Positions 1 through 9,081 of a stretch of 64,000 nt of DNA are shown piece after piece (the stretch's first letter is position 1; each line of letters opens with the position of its first letter). The notes under the pieces are model-generated. The model saw nothing but the letters and a program-made list of their open reading frames with translations, made no database searches and was not told the origin of the DNA. Origin of the DNA: an uncultured Thermoprotei archaeon (GTDB lineage: Archaea; Thermoproteota; Thermoprotei; Thermofilales; B15-G2); contig CBDUKN010000001.1 of assembly GCA_965367815.1 (NCBI GenBank), positions 32,001 through 96,000 of the forward strand, read 5' to 3'. The translations under genes were made by a program, and so were the position numbers.

Positions 1-420
1 CCTTATCTCCACCGTTCAGAGTAATTTCAAAAGATATTATTGAAGACTCTAAGGCATTCGAGTAAAATTATATCCTTATGTTAGAGACGCCCTAAAGGAA
101 CTTAAGTCTTTAGGCCTTATTCTAGCAATAGCTAGCTGGAACAAAGAAAATATCACACTAGAAGCTCTTGAAGCCTTTAACTTAATTGATTTTCTTTGAT
201 TACTACTGTATCGAATACCGCTCTGTGAAGAGAAAATAAATAAGAAAATCTTAGGAAAAATGAATATTGAAATATAAAATATCTTCTATTCAAATAATAT
301 ATATTGATGGCAGAAATATTCACTTTTCAGAATATTGTTAGAGAAATTGGTAATGTGTATTTTATACATATGTTGAAGAATGTGAAAAATTATAAAGAGC
401 TACTGAAACTAATAATGACA
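1..420 (+). pseudogene. Magnesium-dependent phosphatase-1 (HAD, MDP-1) remnant, 5'-truncated by window edge, frameshifted
   Basis: Manual translation across frames: LSPPFRVISKDIIEDSK / IRVKLYPYVRDALKELKSLGLILAIASWN...LEAFNLIDF; several shifts; end approximate. Confidence 0.6.
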
Positions 421-726
421 ATAATTTAAGTATCTTTAAGTAAAATCTATATGCTGCAGCTATTTCAATTAAACGACTATAGTATACTTATTTAATGCAT
501 TTATCTCATACTGATACTATTTATTTTAGGCAAAATTGCTGTGAAACTTATTTATCAACTAAAATTAGTATATTAAATAATATGAGATATATTCTAATAC
601 TTTACATTAGATAGAATCAATAAATCTATTTTTATTTTATTCTTTAAATTTTTATCCTATATTTAAATAAATGATGATAGAAAAAGTTAAATACTCGACT
701 TACTACGGCATACGGCTGCGAGTTGT

Positions 727-2286
727 ATGAAGAAGAATATTTTAATAAAGAAAAGCAAAAGATTCAAGCCTAGGAAAAAGTTTTACTTCTTTCTACTAGG
801 GCTGAGTCTAATATACACTACCAGCTTACTGACTTTATACAATGCTCTTCACATTAATTACGTTCTGTCTCTATCGCATCTCTTTCTTTTCGTTCACATA
901 ATATGGTTCATCATAGTACTCAACATAGCAGTCAATATGATAAGATTATACAGATATAAACCCCTTAATTGCAAAAACTCTACTTTAAAAGAATATCCTA
1001 CAGTCTCCTTAGTGACTATAGCCTATAATGAGCCTGAAGAAGTATCAGATTTATTTGTAGAAGCCGTCGCTAAAATAGACTATCCTAGAGACAAGTTAGA
1101 AGTAATAATTGTGGAAGACTTAAAGGATAGCGCTCCATCAAATGCTAATTCTTTTAATCGATTAAAAGAAAAGAATTTCGATGTAACCTATATAACGAGA
1201 AATAATAGAGACGGATTCAGAGGCGGGGCCCTTAACACTGCTTTGAAGAATATAAAATCAAAGTATGTTATTGTCTTAGACATAGACCACTTGCCCCTGC
1301 CTAATTTAATTAAAAAGCTTGTAGGCTATGTTGAAGCGAACCCTAAGTACGATGTAATAATGTTTCCTCAAAAATTCCGCAATAAGGGAGACAATGCTAT
1401 AACTTTAGCAGCTAACTTAGGCTATGAGCTAGACTACGGTGTCTTGAGAAAAGGATCCAGCACTCTTAATTCAGCTTTCTGTGTGGGGTCAAACTGGATT
1501 GGACGTACTGAAAAAATAGTTGAAGCTGGAGGATTCGATGAAACAACAATAGTCGAAGATTTAGCTACTAGTCTGAAAAAGTGGCATCCTAAAGGGCTTA
1601 AAATAGCAATGGTAGAAGATACTCTTGCTTACGGCTTAGTGCCAGATAAGTTAGAGTCGCTTAGAAAGCAGCAGCACCGCTGGGCTAAGGGCTCATTTGA
1701 TTTATTTAAAGACTTCATAAAAATGTTTGATAAACTCACTTGGACTCAAAGATTCAGTTACTTCTTCTCGATTATATGGTATCTTGTAGGTTTTGCTTCT
1801 ATTATTTCACAGCTCTTTCCGCTAGCCACACTTCTGGGATTCAATTTCTTAGTTGTAACTGATGTCATTGAGTATCTCGTCATAGTAGTTAACTTAACGT
1901 TTCTTCAGGTATTACTATTTGCTTTTCCACTTACTTTGCTAGGCTACGACATATTTTCGGCTTTCAAAGGACAGGCTATAGGGCTTCTTGTAGCTGAAAG
2001 TTATACTAACGCCCTCTTCTCTTCTATTTTAGGGAGAAAAATATCATTTGAAGTGACTAGTAAGATAAGAGAGAAAGAAAAGTTTCACAAGCTACTGTGG
2101 GAAAGTAAGCTACCGCTTTTTCTTGCCTTAATAAACTCGTTTGTTCTTGTCTATGGTTTGTTCAAATGGACCCCGCTTTTAATAATTACAGCCTTTTGGG
2201 CAGCTTACAATCTTGCATGGACTCTTACAGCGCTTTACTGTGCCGGAACAGTGGTTTTGACAGAAAGCAGCAAAGAAGCATTTTAG
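727..2286 (+). CDS. Processive membrane glycosyltransferase family 2 (cellulose-synthase-like)
   Basis: 2 N-terminal TMs, DID motif, IVED, QQHRW (QxxRW) motif, multiple C-terminal TMs. Confidence 0.85.
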   Translation: MKKNILIKKSKRFKPRKKFYFFLLGLSLIYTTSLLTLYNALHINYVLSLSHLFLFVHIIWFIIVLNIAVNMIRLYRYKPLNCKNSTLKEYPTVSLVTIAYNEPEEVSDLFVEAVAKIDYPRDKLEVIIVEDLKDSAPSNANSFNRLKEKNFDVTYITRNNRDGFRGGALNTALKNIKSKYVIVLDIDHLPLPNLIKKLVGYVEANPKYDVIMFPQKFRNKGDNAITLAANLGYELDYGVLRKGSSTLNSAFCVGSNWIGRTEKIVEAGGFDETTIVEDLATSLKKWHPKGLKIAMVEDTLAYGLVPDKLESLRKQQHRWAKGSFDLFKDFIKMFDKLTWTQRFSYFFSIIWYLVGFASIISQLFPLATLLGFNFLVVTDVIEYLVIVVNLTFLQVLLFAFPLTLLGYDIFSAFKGQAIGLLVAESYTNALFSSILGRKISFEVTSKIREKEKFHKLLWESKLPLFLALINSFVLVYGLFKWTPLLIITAFWAAYNLAWTLTALYCAGTVVLTESSKEAF

Positions 2287-2333
2287 CGTATCGAAAAACT
2301 TAATCATATATTTTATTTATTTTAAAATATTTT

Positions 2334-4526
2334 GTGAATAGAGTGGTTGACAAAAAGTATGATATTATTGTTGTAGGAGGAGGACTTGCAGGTGTATGCG
2401 CGGCAATTGCGGCATCAAGGCTGGGTGCTAAAACAGCACTAATACAAGATAGACCTGTTCTCGGAGGTAATTCTAGTTCTGAAATAAGAGTTCCTGTAGG
2501 CGGCGCAGACTATGGTGGAGCTTATAGGTATTCGCGAGAAACAGGCATTATAGACGAGCTACTTACAGAAAATGCTAAACGAAATCCGACAAACTGTAGG
2601 TCTATATGGGATCATATTCTCTGGGAAGCGTGTAAACGCGAACCAAACTTAGACCTCTACTTGAACACAGTAGGCAAAAGTCCTTACGTAGAAAACGGCT
2701 TCATTAAGTGGATTATCGGAGAGCAAATAACGACAGAGAAGATTTTCCGCTTTCATGCCTTCATCTTTATTGACGCAAGCGGAGATGGAAGAGTAGCGTA
2801 TGAAGCTGGTGCAGAGTACCGTAAAGGCCGTGAAGGAAGAAATGAGTTTAATGAGTCAATGGCTCCACCGAAACCAGACAACTATACTATGGGAAACACA
2901 ATAACATTTCTTCTAAAAGACGTAGGCAAACCTGTTCCTTTTGAAGCACCCGGCTGGGCTTACAAATTTCTCTCAGACAAAGACTTACTCTATAGACCTC
3001 ATGTACACTTCTATCGAAACGAAACTTTCTGGTGGATTGAATATGGTGGAACTAAAGACACTATAGCAGACGCCGAAGAAATACGCGACGAGCTAATCAA
3101 GATAGTTTACGGTGTAATAGACCATATTAAAAACAGAGGAGATCACGGAGCCGAAACATATGCAGTCGACTGGATAGGCGTAATACCAGGGAAAAGAGAA
3201 TCTAGAAGGTTTATAGGAGATTATATTCTGACGCAAAATGACGTTGTCTCACTTAAGCGTTTTCCGGATGCTATAGCTTATACAGGGTGGCCGATAGATA
3301 TTCACCCGCCAGAAGGCATTTGGAGTAAAGACCCGCCTGCCTTAATACTGCACTTAATGGGGCGGCCTACAGTACCCTTCCGGTGTATCTACTCAAAGAA
3401 CATTAAGAACCTGCTATTTGCTGGGAGGAACATTAGTGTAACACATGTAGCTTTAGGGACAACTAGACTCATGGCTACGTGTGCTATCATAGGGCAGGCT
3501 GCTGGAACTGCAGCTTATCTCTGCGTAAAATACAGAATTACGCCGAGAGAACTTTACCGGAAATATATCAAGGAGCTTCAACAACTTCTCCTGAAACAAG
3601 ACTGCTATATCCCTGGAGTCAAAAACGAAGATGAAAAAGATCTAGCTCTGAAAGCTAAAGTAAGAGCTTCCTCTCAAGCAACATTGTCTCCTCCCGAGAA
3701 GCTAGAAGAATACAAGCCGCTTGATAGAATTAGAGCGCAGTCATTTGTATTCTCAGAGAACTTCCTCGAAGTAGTCTACGTGCTCTTAAAGAATAACGCC
3801 TCTACGCCTAAGTTCATAGCGGCGCACTTAAGGAAAGGAGAATTTATAGATGATTTTAGAAGCAAGGAAGACATAAAATTGGTTAAAGTAGAAGTGCCTC
3901 CCGGCGAAAACTGGATTGAACTACCTTTTGAAGCAGAATTAGAGGCAAATAATCCTTATTGGATAATGCTCGAGCCATGTGAGTTAGTAAGCTGGGCTTT
4001 TAGCAGCGAAGAACCTTTAGGAACTCAGGCTGGAGCATGGGACAGATTAAACAACTTTGATCCCCCTATCTACGCTATAAAGCGGCACCGAGGAACATAC
4101 TTGTTTAAATTGAAGCCAGAGAGCCGTCCTTATGGACCAGAGCAAGTTATTTCAGGTCAAACTAGACCCGAAAAAGCGACAAATATATGGATAAGCGATC
4201 CCTCCAAGGGCTTTCCTCAGTGGATAGAGCTCTCATGGAGCCAGCTAGTAGAGTTTAACACAGTGTACTTGACTTTTGACAATAATCTCGATAGGCCGCT
4301 GTGGGGCTACTACGGTATTGCTCCTGAGCTAGTCAAAGACTACAGAATTCTCATTAGAGATAAGAGTGGAGGTTGGAGAGAAGTAATCCATGTAAAAAAC
4401 AATTATAAGAGAAGAAGAGTGCACAGATTTAGTAAAGTAAAAGCAACGGCTCTTCGTCTTGAAGTTCTTTCAACTAACGGCGATAAATCAGCCAGAGTAT
4501 ATGAGATACGAATATACAACGAATAA
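2334..4526 (+). CDS. FAD-dependent oxidoreductase (FAD_oxidored family) with C-terminal galactose-binding/F5-8-like domain
   Basis: GGGLAG dinucleotide motif, GGNSSSE, DASGDG, GKRESRR, AGRNIS; C-terminal LEVLSTNG...ARVYEIRIY. Confidence 0.8.
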   Translation: MNRVVDKKYDIIVVGGGLAGVCAAIAASRLGAKTALIQDRPVLGGNSSSEIRVPVGGADYGGAYRYSRETGIIDELLTENAKRNPTNCRSIWDHILWEACKREPNLDLYLNTVGKSPYVENGFIKWIIGEQITTEKIFRFHAFIFIDASGDGRVAYEAGAEYRKGREGRNEFNESMAPPKPDNYTMGNTITFLLKDVGKPVPFEAPGWAYKFLSDKDLLYRPHVHFYRNETFWWIEYGGTKDTIADAEEIRDELIKIVYGVIDHIKNRGDHGAETYAVDWIGVIPGKRESRRFIGDYILTQNDVVSLKRFPDAIAYTGWPIDIHPPEGIWSKDPPALILHLMGRPTVPFRCIYSKNIKNLLFAGRNISVTHVALGTTRLMATCAIIGQAAGTAAYLCVKYRITPRELYRKYIKELQQLLLKQDCYIPGVKNEDEKDLALKAKVRASSQATLSPPEKLEEYKPLDRIRAQSFVFSENFLEVVYVLLKNNASTPKFIAAHLRKGEFIDDFRSKEDIKLVKVEVPPGENWIELPFEAELEANNPYWIMLEPCELVSWAFSSEEPLGTQAGAWDRLNNFDPPIYAIKRHRGTYLFKLKPESRPYGPEQVISGQTRPEKATNIWISDPSKGFPQWIELSWSQLVEFNTVYLTFDNNLDRPLWGYYGIAPELVKDYRILIRDKSGGWREVIHVKNNYKRRRVHRFSKVKATALRLEVLSTNGDKSARVYEIRIYNE

Positions 4527-4808
4527 TAAAGTTTTCAATAAAATGAAAGTTTTATAAAACTCTCGTAGCTTAAAATTCTACAAACAATGTCTTTCTAAAT
4601 CGACTTTACTAGAAAATAAAAATAGTAAAAGTAATTATTTAAATCGCTTCATTAAAGTTTCTGAAAACAATGTCTAAAGAACGATATTTTTACATTTTAC
4701 TAGACAATTAACTTATTATTATTGATTTACTTTAATTACTGGAAAAGCTGAAGATGGTCTATTTCTTGCTCAGGTAAGAGAGAGTTTATTTTTAACTAGT
4801 ATTTTACT

Positions 4809-5993
4809 ATGTCAAGGAGGGTAAAGTTGAGTCTGAGGAAATATTGTCCTCTGGTTAGAATTGGGGGTGAAGCTGAGCTGGTAGTGGAGCATGATGGAGA
4901 GAAGCCTATTAAAGCATATTTTGTGACTCACGCGCCTGTCAGAGGATTCGAGAAAATGCTTGAAGGAAAGAACCCTCTTTTTGTTGTCGAGGCTGCGATG
5001 AGGATTTGTGGTATATGTCATGCTGCTCACGCTATAGCTGCGTGTGAGGCAATAGAGCATGCTGTTGGAATAATGCCCCCGCGAGACGGCCTTTTATTGA
5101 GAGAAGCTATAGGGCTTGTTAATAGAGCTCAAAGTCATATACTTCAAGAAGTAATGGTGCTTCCCGATATGCTTAAAAAACCTGTAAGAGAGAAGATTTA
5201 TCAAAAACTAGTTAGGCTCTTTAATGATGTATGTTCTCTCTTGCTCAAAATAGGCGGTTCTTCTACACATCCTTCTTTTCTAACTATTGGAGGTATTCTT
5301 AAAAAGCCTGCCGAAGCATCCTTTAACGAAGCAAGGAACTTAATTAAATGTATCATTAAAGATTATTTTGAAGTAAAAGAGATCCTATTAGATGAGTCTA
5401 ACTGGACCAAATTGTTTACTAGTTTAAATGAAATCGATGTAAACGTAGATAAGCTTGCTTCACACTTCTTCTATGGAGACCGATATAATATAGATGTAAA
5501 AGGTATAACTACTGTAAGACAAGCTGGAAGCGATGTTTATAGAGAATCCACATCAAATATAGCTTTCTATAAAGGGAAAGTTGTAGAAGTAGGTCCTAGA
5601 GCAAGATTAGAGACATACTTCCTAAAGAAGATGAAGGGATTAGCTGGCATACAAAAAGCTAGAATTATCGAAACAGATCTTGTTTTAAAGAGAGTAGAGG
5701 AGATATTAAGTGAAGTGGATATTTCGGCTCCCTTAAGAGCTAGAGAGCTTGTTTTTGGTAAAGGATTAGGTATAGGAGTATATGAGGCTCCTCGAGGCGT
5801 GCTTGTGCATAAAGTCGAGCTTAATGAAGAGGGCAGGGTGAGGAAGTACGAAATAGTTACTCCGACTATGTTTAATATCCCGGTTATGGAGAAAGCAGCT
5901 ACTCTGATCTCTCTAGATGCTGTTGAAATTATTCCACGTATTTTTGATCCATGTATACCTTGTTCAACGCACCTGGTTAAGGTGAGAAAATGA
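4809..5993 (+). CDS. frhA: [NiFe] hydrogenase large subunit, Frh-like (group 3a-type)
   Basis: L1 RICGIC, L2 DPCIPCSTH, EAPRG; followed by frhG/frhB-like genes. Confidence 0.85.
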   Translation: MSRRVKLSLRKYCPLVRIGGEAELVVEHDGEKPIKAYFVTHAPVRGFEKMLEGKNPLFVVEAAMRICGICHAAHAIAACEAIEHAVGIMPPRDGLLLREAIGLVNRAQSHILQEVMVLPDMLKKPVREKIYQKLVRLFNDVCSLLLKIGGSSTHPSFLTIGGILKKPAEASFNEARNLIKCIIKDYFEVKEILLDESNWTKLFTSLNEIDVNVDKLASHFFYGDRYNIDVKGITTVRQAGSDVYRESTSNIAFYKGKVVEVGPRARLETYFLKKMKGLAGIQKARIIETDLVLKRVEEILSEVDISAPLRARELVFGKGLGIGVYEAPRGVLVHKVELNEEGRVRKYEIVTPTMFNIPVMEKAATLISLDAVEIIPRIFDPCIPCSTHLVKVRK

Positions 5994-6679
5994 TAGTGCT
6001 TCATGTCGATATTGGGGGCTGCGAAGGATGTTCAATAAGCATTTTTAGAGCTTCATCCATGCTTAAAGACGTAGAGATAATTAATAAATGTACAGCAGAA
6101 AGGGAAGTAGACTTAAGCAGAAACTATGAAATAGTATTTGTAACAGGGTCTGTTTGTATCAATGATGAGGACGTAGTGGAAAAGCTGAAGTTAGTTAGGA
6201 AGAACTGTAAAGTGTTAATAGCTTTTGGGTCCTGTGCGAGCGTCGGAGGTATAACGAGGTTCTGTAGAGGTGGGCAGGAGCCGAAGCCAGAGCACAGGAC
6301 ATTTCTTCCCTTAAACACAGTAGTAAAAGTAGATTACGCTATTCCAGGATGTCCTCCTCCGCCACAACTAGTTAGAATGTTTTTGACGCTTTATAAAAGA
6401 AACATGTTGCAGCAGCTAGCCGTATTCAAGGCCTTGAGTACTATAAAGAAGTTGAGCGGGTTCGATTTATTAGACGATGTAGTGCTCACAGGGCTTTGTA
6501 TAGGGTGTGGCGTCTGTGAACTTTCGTGTCCGACGGGAGCAATAGAGCTGCTGGGAGGTAGACCAGACTTAATTGTAGAAAAGTGCATTAGATGCGGTAC
6601 ATGCTATGTGCGTTGCCCGCAGGGGTCTAAATTACTGTTTAGGTCTCTAGAAGCTAATGTAAATAAGCATAAAGTTTAA
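5990..6679 (+). CDS. frhG: Frh-like hydrogenase small subunit with 2x[4Fe-4S] ferredoxin domain
   Basis: GCEGC, GSCA, PGCPP, CIGCGVC...CP, CIRCGTC...CP. Confidence 0.85.
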   Translation: MIVLHVDIGGCEGCSISIFRASSMLKDVEIINKCTAEREVDLSRNYEIVFVTGSVCINDEDVVEKLKLVRKNCKVLIAFGSCASVGGITRFCRGGQEPKPEHRTFLPLNTVVKVDYAIPGCPPPPQLVRMFLTLYKRNMLQQLAVFKALSTIKKLSGFDLLDDVVLTGLCIGCGVCELSCPTGAIELLGGRPDLIVEKCIRCGTCYVRCPQGSKLLFRSLEANVNKHKV

Positions 6680-6696
6680 TTTAAAGTGGTGAGCAC

Positions 6697-7536
6697 GTGA
6701 GCTTTATACCAATTACACCTGAAAACCCTATTGGAAATGTGCGTAAAGTCTACTTAGCTCAGTCTATAGACGAACGTATAAGAAAAATGCGAGCAGGAAG
6801 CGGTGGTGCAGTAACCTCTATTCTATGCTATTTGGTTGAAAAGGGTCTAAGCGATGGAGTAGTAGTCGCTAAAAGAACTAAGGGCTTTGAAGGAGAAGCT
6901 ATAGTAGCTCATACTAGAGAAGAAATACTGAAGGCTGCGGGAAGCCGATGGAATATAGTTCCTTTCACAACTAGATTGAAAAGGACTATAGAAGAGAAGG
7001 GATTGAAGAGAGTAGCTATAGTAGGGCTTCCTTGCCAAGCACAGTTCTTGGGTCAAATGCGGTACCTTCCTCTCCTCGAAACAGATTTCGGGGAAAGAAT
7101 TTTTCTTATAGTAAGTCTATTCTGTATAGGAACTTTCGCTCACGAAGTATTCTTAAGTTTTCTTTACAGTAGATACGGAGTTAAAGCTAGTCAAATAAAG
7201 GACCTCAAACTAGTAGACAGCAAGTTTATAGTAGTTTTAGAGGAAGGAGAACTTGAAGTAGAGCTAAGAGAGGCTTTAGCATACTTACAGTCAGGCTGTT
7301 TGCTCTGTACAGATTACACAGGAGTACTTGCAGATATTTCAGCAGGGTCTGCGTCACAGTTTCCCGGATTTACTCTACTTTTAGTAAGAAGTGCTATTGG
7401 AGAGAAAGTTGTAGAAGAAGCTGTAAGCGAGAACTATATAATGGTGAGAGAGGAACCAGAAGTTCTGGCAGAGGTCAAGAAAAAGGCACTAGAAAAAATT
7501 ATGAGAGCAAGCAAGTACGCTACGCAACTACTTTAA
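6697..7536 (+). CDS. frhB: F420 hydrogenase/dehydrogenase beta subunit family (FrhB-like)
   Basis: SGGAVT, AAGS, VGLPCQ, LFC, GCLLC, DISAG motifs; SD GGTGA at 6688-6692. Confidence 0.85.
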   Translation: MSFIPITPENPIGNVRKVYLAQSIDERIRKMRAGSGGAVTSILCYLVEKGLSDGVVVAKRTKGFEGEAIVAHTREEILKAAGSRWNIVPFTTRLKRTIEEKGLKRVAIVGLPCQAQFLGQMRYLPLLETDFGERIFLIVSLFCIGTFAHEVFLSFLYSRYGVKASQIKDLKLVDSKFIVVLEEGELEVELREALAYLQSGCLLCTDYTGVLADISAGSASQFPGFTLLLVRSAIGEKVVEEAVSENYIMVREEPEVLAEVKKKALEKIMRASKYATQLL

Positions 7537-9081
7537 GGCGGTAACAAGCTCTACTAACGCTTTGAGACTAGGCGTAGTGAATTTTACTAAGGACAGCACT
7601 ATCCATGGAGCGAAGCCTATTAGCACTATGAACACTGCTAAGCCGAGCATACCAGCTAGCATCCACTTATTTGCTTCTTTTGCTTCAACTTCGATTTTCT
7701 CTTTGTACCAGAACACTTGCCAGAAGTATCTAAGTGAGTATGCTGCACTGATTAGAGTTGCTATAGCCATGAATACTGCTATGTAAAGAAAGCTCGGGTT
7801 TACTGAAGCTATTGATGCAATACCTGCTATGATCATGAACTCCGATATGAAACATGGAAGTGGAGGAGCTCCAGCTATACTGAATATCGAGATTATTCCA
7901 GCGATTCCGGTATACGGCATTTTGTCCATTAACCCGCTCATTTTAGTTATGTCTCTCATATGAGTCTGGTGCATTACTGAGCCGCCGACAAGGAAGAAGA
8001 GTCCTTTGCTCCAAGCATGTGCTACTAAGTGGAATGCTACACCAAAGAGAGCTAGAGGATTAGCTCCAGCTAGTAGCGCATATGTGCCTGCTGCTTCGCC
8101 TGCGAGAATGTAGCCCATGTGTGATATACTTGAGTAGGCGATAATTCTCTTGACATCTACTTCTTTAAGTGCCATGAATCCTCCGTAAAACGCAGTAATT
8201 ACGCCCAGTAGAGCCAGCGGTACCAGTATACTGGATGCCTCAGCCAAAGTGAGCGCAGGATTCTGCGCCAGTATAGTTAAGAAAGATATTCTTAGAATGG
8301 CATAAGCACCGGCCTCAATTATTATTCCGCTTAAGAGAGAAGACATAGGTGCAGGCGCCTCGCCGTGAGCATCTGGTAGCCATGTGTGCACGGGGAAGAT
8401 AGCCATTTTTACAGCAAAGCCGAACGTTAGGAAGGCGAAGATGTAGATCCAGAAGGCAGCTATTTTGTCGTATAGCTGTTTTATCATGAATAGCTCTAAT
8501 CCTTGGCCGCCGGTGAGCATCGCGAGCAGACCTAGGGCGACAATTATGAAGACTGCGCCCGCATGAGTGAATATGAAGAACTTAAACGCTACTTTAGCTG
8601 GATCTCGGTAGCCCCAGCGAGCTATGATGAAGTATGATGGTACTAGCATAAATTCCCAGAAAATGTAAAATGCAAGGAGGTTTGCTGAAATGAATACTCC
8701 GAGCAAGCCTGTGTATAGCAGTGACAGTAGCGCGTAGAAGACTGGTTTTTCTCTTGTGATATATCCGCAGGAGTACAGTGCGGAGAACAGGAAGAGTATT
8801 GAAGTTGTTACCACTAGAACATAGCTTAATCCATCGATAAACAGTGTGAATTTAATGTTTGCTGCCTGCGGAGTGATTAAGTTTATCCATGCGTAAGACT
8901 CAGTGTAGATATTTGAATATCCTAGGTTAAAGAAAGCGTAGCTGTATAGAATTACTTCGAATACACTTATTAGCAGTAGTAGCGCTAAGCCTATTTTTTC
9001 GGCTTTTTTCTCGGCTAAGTATATTATTGGAGCCGATACTACTGGAATTAAGAGACTTAACAAGAGGATCATATTATACAC
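7528..9081 (-). CDS. nuoM: Antiporter-like subunit NuoM-like
   Basis: FWE, VKMAIFPVHTWLPDAHGEAP, KRIIAYSSISHMG. Confidence 0.9.
   Translation of the reverse strand: MYNMILLLSLLIPVVSAPIIYLAEKKAEKIGLALLLLISVFEVILYSYAFFNLGYSNIYTESYAWINLITPQAANIKFTLFIDGLSYVLVVTTSILFLFSALYSCGYITREKPVFYALLSLLYTGLLGVFISANLLAFYIFWEFMLVPSYFIIARWGYRDPAKVAFKFFIFTHAGAVFIIVALGLLAMLTGGQGLELFMIKQLYDKIAAFWIYIFAFLTFGFAVKMAIFPVHTWLPDAHGEAPAPMSSLLSGIIIEAGAYAILRISFLTILAQNPALTLAEASSILVPLALLGVITAFYGGFMALKEVDVKRIIAYSSISHMGYILAGEAAGTYALLAGANPLALFGVAFHLVAHAWSKGLFFLVGGSVMHQTHMRDITKMSGLMDKMPYTGIAGIISIFSIAGAPPLPCFISEFMIIAGIASIASVNPSFLYIAVFMAIATLISAAYSLRYFWQVFWYKEKIEVEAKEANKWMLAGMLGLAVFIVLIGFAPWIVLSLVKFTTPSLKALVELVTALK

Noticed and set aside
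4527-4808. Palindrome AGTTTTATAAAACT and short direct repeats (AAACAATGTCT x2) upstream of frhA as SurR sites
   Set aside because: Does not match GTTn3AAC; low-complexity AT-rich DNA makes such repeats unremarkable
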